From positions 1 to 21,489 of the forward strand of contig CAVRJG010000034.1 of assembly GCA_963721455.1 (NCBI GenBank): 21,489 nucleotides of DNA. The letters are read 5' to 3'. Positions 1 to 8,795 of this stretch are shown here, piece by piece. Position 1 is the stretch's first letter. The number at the start of each line of letters is the position of its first letter. The stretch comes from an uncultured Methanosarcinaceae archaeon (lineage in GTDB: Archaea > Halobacteriota > Methanosarcinia > Methanosarcinales > Methanosarcinaceae). Both the position numbers and the translations under genes were made by a program. The notes below the pieces were generated by a model. The model saw nothing but the letters and a program-made list of their open reading frames with translations, ran no database searches and was not told where the DNA came from.

Positions 1-1
1 T

Positions 2-628
2 CATGCAAGTCGCTCAGGTAGTGGAGCATCATTCATTTCAGCTGTAAGTCCTGAAATAAGTGTCATCGAAGTTGGAGCAGGAAACGACTATGGACATCCC
101 CATGCTGAGATTCTTGAAAGATTGCAGAAAGCTTCAAAGGTCTACAGAACTGATCTGGACGGCACAATTACAGTCACAACAGATGGATCAACTTACACCG
201 TGACCACTCAGAAAACTGGGCCTAGAGAAGAAGCCAGGTCTGTATCCACTGGAACTTCTAATTCTACAGCTTCATCCATGATTGAAGAAACCAAGTCAAA
301 AGAAAGCATGATCCCCAGCTCTGCAGAATCAACTGTCTATGTGAGCGACCTGGACCTACAAGATGAATGGGTCAAGATTTCAAACAAAGGCTCTTCCCCT
401 GTGTCCTTGAATGGCTGGAAAATCGAGGATGATGGTAGTAAACACACCTATACATTCCCATCTTACACGTTAAATTCTGGGGCATACGTAACTGTTTTTA
501 CTGGAAAAGGCACCAGAACAGCTACTGAACTATATTGGCAATTAGGCAGTCCCGTCTGGAATAATGATGGGGATACGGCATATCTGTACGATAACAGCGG
601 AAAAATGGTCTCTACACTGGAGAGATGA
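2..628 (+). CDS. 3' part of ComEC/Rec2-like metallo-beta-lactamase-fold protein with C-terminal lamin-tail domain (5' end outside window)
   Basis: Frame open from base 2: HASRSGSG..VIEVGAGNDYGHPHAEILERL..YRTDLDGTI (ComEC-MBL C-terminal motifs), S/T-rich linker, then lamin-tail pattern DEWVKISNKG..SLNGWKIED..VWNNDGDTAYLYD. Confidence 0.85.
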   Translation, partial: HASRSGSGASFISAVSPEISVIEVGAGNDYGHPHAEILERLQKASKVYRTDLDGTITVTTDGSTYTVTTQKTGPREEARSVSTGTSNSTASSMIEETKSKESMIPSSAESTVYVSDLDLQDEWVKISNKGSSPVSLNGWKIEDDGSKHTYTFPSYTLNSGAYVTVFTGKGTRTATELYWQLGSPVWNNDGDTAYLYDNSGKMVSTLER

Positions 629-864
629 AAATGGCAAGATTCAAAGTTACGCTTGATAGGATCGAGGACGATATTGCAGTATTGCTTGTAAGGGATGCTG
701 AAGAGATGAGTAAAATCGATATTCCTCTCTTTTTACTACCTGCAGGAAGCAGAGAAGGAGACATTCTCGATATTACCATTGCCCGAGATAAACAGGAGAC
801 AGAGGCTGCAAAAGAAAGAGTCTCGACTTTGCTTGAAAAGCTTCAGAAGAAAAATAGAGACTGA
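625..864 (+). CDS. DUF3006 family protein
   Basis: TLDRIEDDIAVLLV..LLPAGSREGDIL..ETEAAKERVSTLLEKL; ATGA overlap with upstream gene; DUF3006 commonly follows ComEC-like MBL genes. Start could be 631. Confidence 0.85.
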   Translation: MKMARFKVTLDRIEDDIAVLLVRDAEEMSKIDIPLFLLPAGSREGDILDITIARDKQETEAAKERVSTLLEKLQKKNRD

Positions 865-1073
865 GTAAAAGGTAGATGGGTGGGGAGAAACTGACCAGCT
901 CTGGTTTGAGACGAGGGGCAGGAATCATCACAGACCTACCCCAAACTGCAGTGCCGACCCAGACCGATTTATTGGGCCTGCATAAAAAACAATAAGATTT
1001 GAAACTATTTAAATTTAATTGCTATGTGTGCAGTGGGTACTCGGAGTAAGGAAGATGTAAAAATCTGGATACT

Positions 1074-1288
1074 TTGAAAGCTGCAGAAAAGAACTATGAG
1101 AATCAACAGGACAGAATCGAAAACCTAAAAACACAGGTCCAGGCCCTTTATGACCAGCTGCACACAAAGGACGACCAGATAGAAAAGCTCAATGAGAACA
1201 TGCATAAACAGGCGGTCCACATTCAAACCTTAATCCAGGAGAATAGCAGGTTAAATTTTAGGCTTCTTCCAGAGCATGCAGAAAAAGG
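1074..1288 (+). pseudogene. Fragment of Methanosarcina coiled-coil protein (DUF536-like, family normally ending KKPWWKFW), clipped by MITE
   Basis: QLHTKDDQIEKLNENMHKQAVHIQTLIQENSRL..LLPE; the ORF's last residues (GVLVQK) come from the MITE end at 1289; no convincing start. Confidence 0.6.
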
Positions 1289-1438
1289 GGTTCTGGTGCA
1301 AAAATAATATTTCTGTAGTTTGAGACTATAATTCTTGCCTTTGTGTGTTATTTTTCCCTTGATGATATTGATTAAATTTCCGAATTATGAAGTTTTTCAC
1401 TGATTTTGCAACAAAGCCAGATTTTTTGCACCAGAACC
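1289..1438 (+). mobile_element. IS6-type MITE copy 1 (150 bp, subtype A1)
   Basis: TIR GGTTCTGGTGCAAAAA / TTTTTGCACCAGAACC; interior homologous to copies at 5222, 14320, 20364; no TSD. Confidence 0.9.
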
Positions 1439-1655
1439 CAAAACTTATACCATGGCTTCTTACCTCCAGGTACTTCTATGGTCTTCTGATTGATGAGCGT
1501 TTGAACCTGTGAAATGTTTATTGTAAGTTGTGTTGAGGTACTCTTTATCTTGCTCTGCATTATCAAGTTCTTTCTTTAATATTTTATTGCGCCTTTCCGA
1601 CTCTTCAGATCTGGCGCGCAGCTGGAGAAATTCCTTAAGGTCCGGTACTTTCGTT
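1439..1655 (-). pseudogene. Frameshifted second DUF536-like coiled-coil paralogue ending KKPWYKFW
   Basis: Minus strand: KEFLQLRARSEESERRNKILKKELDNAEQDKEYLNTTYNKH / frameshift / QVQTLINQKTIEVPGGKKPWYKFW; stop codon lost at the MITE end. Confidence 0.65.
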
Positions 1656-1704
1656 TAGTGAAGTAGATATATAAGCAAACATTAAGACTTATATTCAAAT
1701 AATC

Positions 1705-1950
1705 ATGTATACAAGTATTCTGATAGGAAAGTATACAAAAATATAATTAGGCAAATACACAAGTATACATACAAAAAAGCAGATTAAAGAGCTTACCCTA
1801 CATCTAAGTACAGAAAAATCTGAAAAAAGTATTGAACTCATCACTATATATTGCAAGCATTGACGTATACCTAAATGCAGGAATACTTGTATACCAACGG
1901 GCAGATACACAAGTATACCTAAATATAAGTATACAAGTATCCATAAATAC
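1705..1950. repeat. Two arrays of degenerate 8-bp repeats (consensus AAGTATAC); candidate parS/parC centromere and operator
   Basis: GTATAC at 1707, 1731, 1763 and 1865, 1889, 1913, 1929; within-array spacings 24, 32, 24, 24, 16 (all multiples of 8); directly upstream of parA. Confidence 0.75.
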
Positions 1951-1994
1951 TAATATTCAATTCTGTGTGATTTCGAAATAACTGAGGTGTACGC

Positions 1995-2759
1995 ATGGCA
2001 AAAATAGTAACTATTAACAATGTTAAAGGAGGCGTTGCCAAGACAACAACTGCCACAAATTTAGCTGCAGGGTTGGCTCGAAAAGGTAAACGGGTCTTAT
2101 TAATAGACTCCGATCCTCAAGCAAACGCATCCTTAAATCTGTATCCTGGACTAAGAGCAGAAAAAACAATCAAGGATTTGTTCCAGGGAACACCAATCAC
2201 AGAAGTAATTTCACCATCCGTAGAAACCGGATTGGATATTATCCCGTCTTGCCTGGCATTTTCAACAATTGAACTGGAACTAGCCGCACAACTTGCCCGA
2301 GAAACGTTTCTAAAAAGAGCACTGAAGCCTATCGAGAAAAATTATGACATTATATTAATTGATACCCAGCCATCAGTTGGAGTGATCCCAATAAATGCAT
2401 TGTGTGCAGCAAACGAGGTTATCATTCCAGTGCATGAGGCATATGCACTGGATGCGATGAGCCAAATGGTCAATGTTATACTGCAAGTCAAACAAGCACT
2501 GAATCCAGATCTTGTGATAGGAGGAATCCTACTGACAATGTATGATACAAGGACCACCCTGGCAAAAGAGGTCAGGGAACGGTTATTGAATAAATTCGGA
2601 ACAATTCTGTTCGAGACAACTATTCCGAGGAACATTCGGTTAGCTGAATGTCCAACTCACAAAAAATCAATTTTTGAGTACGCGCCTGAATCAGCAGGAG
2701 CAGTTGCATACCAAGCATTAACAGAAGAAGTTATAAAACGATGGGGGATAGTCAAATGA
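1995..2759 (+). CDS. parA: ParA/Soj family Walker-type partition ATPase (no N-terminal HTH)
   Basis: KGGVAKTT deviant Walker A, LLIDSDPQAN, YDIILIDTQPS, TMYDTRT, TIPRNIRLAE; GAGGTG RBS upstream. Confidence 0.95.
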   Translation: MAKIVTINNVKGGVAKTTTATNLAAGLARKGKRVLLIDSDPQANASLNLYPGLRAEKTIKDLFQGTPITEVISPSVETGLDIIPSCLAFSTIELELAAQLARETFLKRALKPIEKNYDIILIDTQPSVGVIPINALCAANEVIIPVHEAYALDAMSQMVNVILQVKQALNPDLVIGGILLTMYDTRTTLAKEVRERLLNKFGTILFETTIPRNIRLAECPTHKKSIFEYAPESAGAVAYQALTEEVIKRWGIVK

Positions 2760-3106
2760 GGACAGCTATAGGTAACACGACAATCGATGAAAACGACAAT
2801 ATAGGAGCTCTGCTGGGGCAGCAGCAAACGCAGGTTGAAAAAAACACAGCAAACCGGGAAGAAACGTCTGCAGTAGTAGGAAAAATGGAAAAGCAAGAAG
2901 AAAATATAGATGATGAAAAACTTAAGCACAACCGATCTGCCAAATTTACCGATTTGGATATCGAGCATTTAGAAAAAATAATGCTTGCGATCGGAACCGA
3001 TAAAGTCTCCAAGGCCCTTAGATGGTGTCTAGATAAGGCGTGGGAAACACATGGGGATGAAATTGAAAAGATAGCTGAGCAAAAAAAGAAGATCGGTACA
3101 CTCTAA
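2756..3106 (+). CDS. Putative centromere-binding partner of ParA (ParG/SegB-like, predicted C-terminal ribbon-helix-helix)
   Basis: ATG at 2756 overlaps parA stop (ATGA); low-complexity N-terminus then strand-helix-helix pattern NRSAKFTDLDIEHLEKIMLAIGTDKVSKALRWCLDKAW. Fold is inference. Confidence 0.6.
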   Translation: MRTAIGNTTIDENDNIGALLGQQQTQVEKNTANREETSAVVGKMEKQEENIDDEKLKHNRSAKFTDLDIEHLEKIMLAIGTDKVSKALRWCLDKAWETHGDEIEKIAEQKKKIGTL

Positions 3107-3163
3107 ATGTAAGTTCCTTTAACACCATAGACTAAGAAATAATCGAGCTGAATCATGGTTTTC

Positions 3164-3313
3164 GGTTCTGTTGCAAAAATAATTTTTCTACCCTTTTAGG
3201 CTATAATAATTTCTTTTTGTGTTATTATTGACCTGCTTATGGCATACTAAATATCCCATTTGTGATGTTTTTCACTGGTTTTGTAAAATAGCCAGATTTT
3301 TTGCAACAGAACC
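3164..3313 (+). mobile_element. IS6-type MITE copy 2 (150 bp, subtype A2)
   Basis: TIR GGTTCTGTTGCAAAAA / TTTTTGCAACAGAACC; interior closest to reverse complement of copy at 20903; no TSD. Confidence 0.9.
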
Positions 3314-3315
3314 AT

Positions 3316-3540
3316 TTAAAGCTTGAGTTCCTTAGCCATTTTTTGGAAAAACTTTCCCTTATCAGTGGTAATGATAAGCCCGTTTTCTTGTCTGGTGAGT
3401 TCTTTTTCGTTCAACATTTCCAGATATTTCTTGGCAATATTAGAGTTTAAATTTGCCTCGTATACAATATGAGTTTTCTTCGCCCCATTCATTGCTACTC
3501 TTAAAATGTCTATGACGATATCATTCCTGCTCCTTCTCAT
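3316..3540 (-). CDS. Small winged helix-turn-helix regulator (HTH_45 type), 74 aa
   Basis: MRRSRNDIVIDILRVAMNGAKKTHIVYEANLN..YLEML..ITTDKG; GGAGG RBS before ATG at 3540. Confidence 0.85.
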   Translation of the reverse strand: MRRSRNDIVIDILRVAMNGAKKTHIVYEANLNSNIAKKYLEMLNEKELTRQENGLIITTDKGKFFQKMAKELKL

Positions 3541-3644
3541 AATACTAACTCCTCCTACAGTGGATTCAAAAAAACAACTATAAAGGTTCGCCATTAATCG
3601 CAAAGGAATCTAATCCCCATAGACTTCGCAGTACCTAGATCAGT

Positions 3645-3770
3645 AACAACTACAATCCTTTTGTTGTAGTTGTTGTTTTACCGAAGACGAATTTACAGGT
3701 TTTAAGCTGGAGATTCGATAACGAAAGATGAACCACCTTCCTTTACGGTCTAATCTCCAGTTAAACGCCT
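3645..3770. other. Two stem-loops; candidate structured RNA or terminator
   Basis: AACAACTACAA (3645-3655) / TTGTAGTTGTT (3664-3674); AGGTTTTAAGCTGGAGATT (3697-3715) pairs imperfectly with AATCTCCAGTTAAACGCCT (3752-3770). Confidence 0.45.
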
Positions 3771-3796
3771 ACTGACATATTTTATCCTGCTCGAAT

Positions 3797-4204
3797 TCAC
3801 GCAGGAGCTTCTTTGTTCATGATATAAGCAACCATTCCAGGGTTAAGCTTGCTTTCCCTTGAAATCTTTGCTTCAATGTCCTCAGCGGATTTTCCTTCTA
3901 TTTTCATTTCCTTTATTTTTTCAGTCACTGAAGACGGAATGGTGTAATATTCGTTAATGTCCTTCCTGTGTCCCCAGACATCCCCTTCTATAAGCTGGAT
4001 TCTCTGCATTTCAAGGAACATCTCTATGGATTTTGAGACCGTAGCCATGTAAGACTTAGGTAACTGAATTACCTCAATTTTCGGGCAGGTTTCAACCAAT
4101 CCAAAAATGTCCTTGTTCGAAGGTCTGAAAGCCAGGTGAACAACACGTTCATTTGGATTTAATGTAAAGATTTCTTCTCTTGAACTAACTACTCGAATTC
4201 TCAT
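3797..4204 (-). CDS. DUF1699 family protein
   Basis: MRIRVVSSREEIFTLNPNERVVHLAFRPSNKDIF..EGDVWGHRKDINEYY, recognised Methanosarcinaceae family. Confidence 0.9.
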   Translation of the reverse strand: MRIRVVSSREEIFTLNPNERVVHLAFRPSNKDIFGLVETCPKIEVIQLPKSYMATVSKSIEMFLEMQRIQLIEGDVWGHRKDINEYYTIPSSVTEKIKEMKIEGKSAEDIEAKISRESKLNPGMVAYIMNKEAPA

Positions 4205-4997
4205 ATTTTTCCCCCACTATGAACTTCTTTTAATTTTACTTTGATATAAACTACATATACTGATTATAAATAATTATCTCATTGAACTAACATTATTTAG
4301 ATAGTTTTTTGGAGATGATGATTATATTAGATCTTCTAATTTGATCTAGAAAAGCCAAAGAAAGAATAATAACCGATCTTTACAATTTGTTTTTCTATTT
4401 TTGCTTCATTTCTGCTCTATTTAATTCCATAATTTTTTCTAAATACAGACTAATTATTCTTATTTTCGATCCCTTTCAATCTCAGACTTTAATGAGACCT
4501 TCCAACTTTTTGGGCGCATCAAAATAAGAAACTGAGAAATCAAATCCTTCCAGGGTCGATAGCTGCGTTTTGAAAATCTGTTTTTTGTAGCTCAAGCTAT
4601 GTAACGTAACTATTACATCCAATACAAAAGCAGTTAAAAAAGAGAGACGGAGCCAGACAGATAAATGGTCAAAGTCTGCCTGGAGTTTGAGAGTTTATTT
4701 TATTGGAAACAATAATATATTAACATCAAATTATTTAAACCCATATCTTTCATTGGATCATTAGTCATTCCTCTTTGATTTATCCGTCCTGGTCCAAAAA
4801 CTAAAGATTTCCTGCTCCTCTTGTTTCCATTCTTTTTCCATAAGTGATAATTCGTCTTCATTCATTCTCTATACCCCCCAAATTCATTAAAAAATTTGAT
4901 TAATTTCGTCCCATAGCTGTTTCACTTTTTCGATTCCTTCTATCCTAAATGAGCTTCAATCGCCAGATTAGACAATGCACCAAAATCATTCAGGACC

Positions 4998-5183
4998 TCA
5001 TGGACTTCCCTCATCCAGGGCTCTTTTTATGTCTGCGGCAGTTCCAAAATTTTTTAATGGAATTACGTTCTCGGCCACCTTGTTAATCTGGTCTCTCAAA
5101 AAAGCCAGGCTAACGGCTGAACCGTCTACAAATCCGTCTGAACCTGCGATAACCGTTTTAATAATTTTTGGAGTTGTAGGCAT
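4998..5183 (-). CDS. Small hypothetical protein (61 aa), possibly part of a decayed gene
   Basis: ATG-started ORF with protein-like composition; 5' region abuts MITE copy 3; no recognised motif. Confidence 0.3.
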   Translation of the reverse strand: MPTTPKIIKTVIAGSDGFVDGSAVSLAFLRDQINKVAENVIPLKNFGTAADIKRALDEGSP

Positions 5184-5221
5184 AATAAAGGATATTTCTT
5201 TCTTACATTATTACTTTTTTG

Positions 5222-5372
5222 GGTTCTGTTGCAAAAATAATATTTCTGCAATTTGAGACTATAATTCTTACCTTTATGTGTCATTTTTCCCGGTGATGAG
5301 AATGATTAACTTTCCTAATTGTGAAGGTTTTCACTGATTTTGCAACAAAGCCAGATTTTTTGCACCAGAACC
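5222..5372 (+). mobile_element. IS6-type MITE copy 3 (151 bp, subtype A1)
   Basis: GGTTCTGTTGCAAAAA ... TTTTTGCACCAGAACC; no TSD. Confidence 0.9.
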
Positions 5373-5510
5373 ATCATTTTCAGCCTACTCGAAAAAAGAA
5401 GACCCGTCTTCTTTATTGGCTCTTCGCTGTTTTGTATGGTGAGATAATAAAAATATGAAGACCAGAAAATAATAAAAAGTCTCTACTCTTTACTTATAAA
5501 TTTATAAACT

Positions 5511-7322
5511 TCACATTTCTAATCTTGTCATAACTCCATGAAGCTCTTCAGGAGGGAGCCTGTAGAACTGGACAAAGGTAGGAGAAAGTTTTTTAATTAC
5601 GGAAAAGACTTTCCATATTATATTGCTGGTAAATATATCGTCTATTCCGTAAAAGATTGTTTTTTCATAGATGCCGTTGTCCTTCAGGATCTGTGCGAGA
5701 TCGATGATTTCCATGTATCCCACATTTATTTCAAAGACGCGCAGTCCTCTTGTCAGTTCTTTTGTTAAAGAGCTTTTTATTCCAAATGGGCTTTCACTCT
5801 TGACAATTGAAACAAAGATGTTATTTTCATAAATGATATTATTCTTAAACATTACATGAGAAATGTATTTAGGGATTTTATCTAGGTCTCGTGAAAAGAA
5901 AAGGGCAGTTCCACTGATTTTATTTTCAGTAGCATATATCCGGTTATATTTTTCAAGGAAATTATCAATTTTCATGCTCTCCATCAGTTCATAAAGTCTC
6001 TTTTGTCCGGAAGTGTATATAACTATAAGAGAAAATACAACAGCTGCTATTACAACTGACCAATAACCTCCATGCGGTATTTTATAGGTATTTGAGAGGA
6101 GGAATATTATGTCAATAAATGTTATAAATAGCGAAATTATAGCCTTCGAGATCTGTTTTTTGTGATAAAATATCGAAGTCATCATCATGCCAGTAATCGA
6201 CATAGTTCCTGTAACCGCCAATCCATATGCAGCAGCAAGTTTGCTCGATTCTTGAAACTCAAGTATCATTAGTAATACGGAGATCAGGAGCATCCAGTTT
6301 ACTGCACTAATATATATCTGTGATTTAAATTCCCCGGATGTGTAATCAATCTTTAACATTGGCATTATTCGGGTTGTTATGCCCTGATATACTATTGAGA
6401 ACACACCGCTAATCATAGCCTGAGAAGCAATAATAGTAGCCATAATACTCAGGATAAGGAATGGAATAAATATTAGATGTGACTGTTGATTTATCATCTC
6501 AAACAATATATTCTTCGAATCCGGGTTTCTAATAAGGAATGCTCCCTGTCCAAGATAATTCAAAACTAAAGCAAAAAATACCAATCGCCAGGCTTTTAGT
6601 ATCGGCTCTCTCCCCATATGACCCATATCGACATACAATACCTCACCGCCTGTTGCGCACAGAATGACTTCAGATAATACAAAAAATCCCGCAATTCCAT
6701 TATCCAGAAGGAACCTGACAGCATAATAAGGGTTTACAGCTTTAAGCACAGTTGGAGTAGAGAATATTGAGGCAATACCGGAAGATGCCATGGCCGCAAA
6801 CCATAAAAACATTATCGGTCCAAATGCCCATGAGATTTTTTCAGATCCTTTCTCCTGCAATGAAAAAAGGCATATTGCAATTATACTGGCAATTAAAACT
6901 AGAATACCCTGTCCTGTATTTTCAAATCCGGAAATAATACGTATTCCCTCAACAGCACTCAATATACTTATTGCAGGCGTAATCACTCCGTCTCCAATGA
7001 GGAATGAAGTTCCAATATAAGCTAATATCGTAATTAAAGACACAATTCTACCCGATTTTAGCAGAGGAGTGAGTATCTCTTTTAAGACAATCGTTCCTCC
7101 TTCTCCTCTTTTCCCCAGGCTCGTAGCAAGCCAGATATATTCTACTGTCACAAGCAAAATAAGAGTCCAGATAATTAGGGATAAAACACCTACAACACTA
7201 GCTTCCGTAGGTTTTGTAAGAAGAAATATAACTGTCAGGGTATAAATGGGACTTGTTCCGATATCTCCAAAAACAAGACCCATAGAATTTATTATTCCCC
7301 TGAAATTATAGTTGTTATACAT
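5511..7322 (-). CDS. kup: KUP/HAK/KT family potassium transporter
   Basis: GLVFGDIGTSPIYT, GEGGT, GDGVITPAISILSAVEG, TGGEVLYVDMGH, LNYLGQGA, ATIIASQAMISG, AYGLAVTGTM; 603 aa, polytopic membrane protein. Confidence 0.97.
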   Translation of the reverse strand: MYNNYNFRGIINSMGLVFGDIGTSPIYTLTVIFLLTKPTEASVVGVLSLIIWTLILLVTVEYIWLATSLGKRGEGGTIVLKEILTPLLKSGRIVSLITILAYIGTSFLIGDGVITPAISILSAVEGIRIISGFENTGQGILVLIASIIAICLFSLQEKGSEKISWAFGPIMFLWFAAMASSGIASIFSTPTVLKAVNPYYAVRFLLDNGIAGFFVLSEVILCATGGEVLYVDMGHMGREPILKAWRLVFFALVLNYLGQGAFLIRNPDSKNILFEMINQQSHLIFIPFLILSIMATIIASQAMISGVFSIVYQGITTRIMPMLKIDYTSGEFKSQIYISAVNWMLLISVLLMILEFQESSKLAAAYGLAVTGTMSITGMMMTSIFYHKKQISKAIISLFITFIDIIFLLSNTYKIPHGGYWSVVIAAVVFSLIVIYTSGQKRLYELMESMKIDNFLEKYNRIYATENKISGTALFFSRDLDKIPKYISHVMFKNNIIYENNIFVSIVKSESPFGIKSSLTKELTRGLRVFEINVGYMEIIDLAQILKDNGIYEKTIFYGIDDIFTSNIIWKVFSVIKKLSPTFVQFYRLPPEELHGVMTRLEM

Positions 7323-7680
7323 AGTATATTCTCTGTATTTTTAGAATCGAATTTCGATATTTAATAAAAAATTGCTCTTCAATAAGCTAATTACCCGTTT
7401 TTTTTGTTTTATTTTGTACAACAACTGTAAAACAAAAAATAGAGTGTTTCCTAAAAGTCCTAAAAAAATATATGTCTTTCTATTGGAACCGACATTCCAC
7501 AAATGTCCACAAAAATGAAAAGTATTTTTATTAAATATTTAACTGTTGAATAATAATTAACCTTTGTTATGGCAAATTCGTTGATTCTTAAACATAGGTA
7601 GTCCCTCTTCATATGGTTGATGTTTTGAAACACCTAAATTTCAGCAGTTCCCTTAAAGTCCACTTTGCGTCAGAAATTCC

Positions 7681-7952
7681 GGTTCTGGTGCAAAAAATCT
7701 GGCTTTGTTGCAAAATCAGTGAAAAACTTCACAATTAGGAATTTAATCAATTTTAGGTCGTGGGTGTGAGTTATTGAAAACCGTAAACACAAGAATCTCT
7801 CTACATTTTCCTCAAATACAGGAGATGTACTCGCTTTTTCGGAATTGATCAATAACTCGTGTACACGACCCAATTTTATAAAGGCGAAAATAGTACACGA
7901 AGGTTAAAAATATGGTATCAAACTAAGTAAATATTATTTTTGCAACAGAACC
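7681..7952 (-). mobile_element. IS6-type MITE copy 4 (reverse), interrupted by a second MITE
   Basis: GGTTCTGGTGCAAAAAATCTGG ... ATTATTTTTGCAACAGAACC; 272 bp minus 115-bp insert and 8-bp duplication = 149 bp. Confidence 0.9.
7756..7870. mobile_element. Nested 115-bp MITE (IS1-like ends) with 8-bp TSD
   Basis: Imperfect 22-bp TIR GGTCGTGGGTGTGAGTTATTGA / TCAATAACTCGTGTACACGACC; TSD CAATTTTA at 7748-7755 and 7871-7878. Family inferred from GGT ends and TSD length. Confidence 0.85.
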
Positions 7953-8274
7953 TCTTATTCCATTAAGGAACCACTGAGGAAAAACTTACAGGTTCCTGAT
8001 TCCTGACTGCTTGTCTTCAAAAATTGAGGATATTTATCTTTAAGTGAGTTGAGAAGCTTGTCCAAATGAGTATAGTTAAAAAATGAGAATTGTGACGTGT
8101 CTTGTCGTCTGACATGCATAGACACACATCTATCTAACTATACAGAAAACAGCGATTTTTCCCGAAAAGCTCCGGAAAGAGTCACCAACGGCATTGTATT
8201 AGGGTGAGCTTGTGTCTGTCTTAATTCCATTTTATGGATCTTCACTGTTTTGAGGTGAGTAAAAATAATATCTA

Positions 8275-8393
8275 TAGGACTTATGCATTTGAGGTACAAA
8301 ATTAAGTACGATAAACACTGTGGTTTAAATTTTCATTTTGGACAGATAAAGGTCCAACACTATTGATTTTTCATTTCAACTGCGTAAATCTTA
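8275..8393 (-). mobile_element. TAGGACTTACGCA-type MITE, degenerate copy (119 bp)
   Basis: TAGGACTTATGCA ... TGCGTAAATCTTA; aligns along its length with the reverse complement of 9685-9802. Confidence 0.8.
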
Positions 8394-8426
8394 TAATTGT
8401 AAAATAAACCGTATTTCAAGCTAATC

Positions 8427-8623
8427 AACGACACGAAAAACCCCTAAAACGACACTCAATTTATTAATGAATCAGCGTCTCTTGTGAAGCAAATGCCCTA
8501 GAACGACGACGACACCGAACCGTTCGTCCCCATATAATTAACTTATAGGCGAAAGCGAAAAAAAATTGACAGCTGATTTCATAGTGTCGTTTTGGTCTAT
8601 GTCGCCGAAATTGTTGTGTCGTT
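8427..8623. repeat. Convergent array of AACGACAC motifs
   Basis: AACGACAC 8427, 8448, ACGACAC 8509; inverted GTGTCGTT 8584, 8616. Confidence 0.55.
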
Positions 8624-8795
8624 TGGATGGCAGTGTCACACTGGAAGATTCATTTCCATTATTCGCATCGCCTTGAACCTATGCTTTGGTTGTGCTGTGA
8701 TATGGTCACTAACTTGCTTTATCCTGAGTTTGTTATCTGCGTTAAGTAGAAACGAAACCTCACTGCTCGGTGTAAGCCCTGTCCACTCTGCGCTT

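Noticed and set aside
1695-1910. 71-aa minus-strand ORF
   Set aside because: Coincides with the octamer array; composition reflects the repeats.
2342-3012. Minus-strand ORFs 2342-2635, 2657-2968, 2752-3012
   Set aside because: Antisense shadows of parA and its partner.
7323-7680. Riboswitch upstream of kup
   Set aside because: AT-rich, no recognisable aptamer or strong stems.
4975-7873. ORFs 4975-5256, 5538-5768, 6790-7020, 7670-7873
   Set aside because: Antisense to better genes or lying within MITEs.
8528-8552. Archaeal dif site
   Set aside because: TATAA..TTATA are 5 bp apart rather than 6 and outer arms match poorly; kept only as a possible core.
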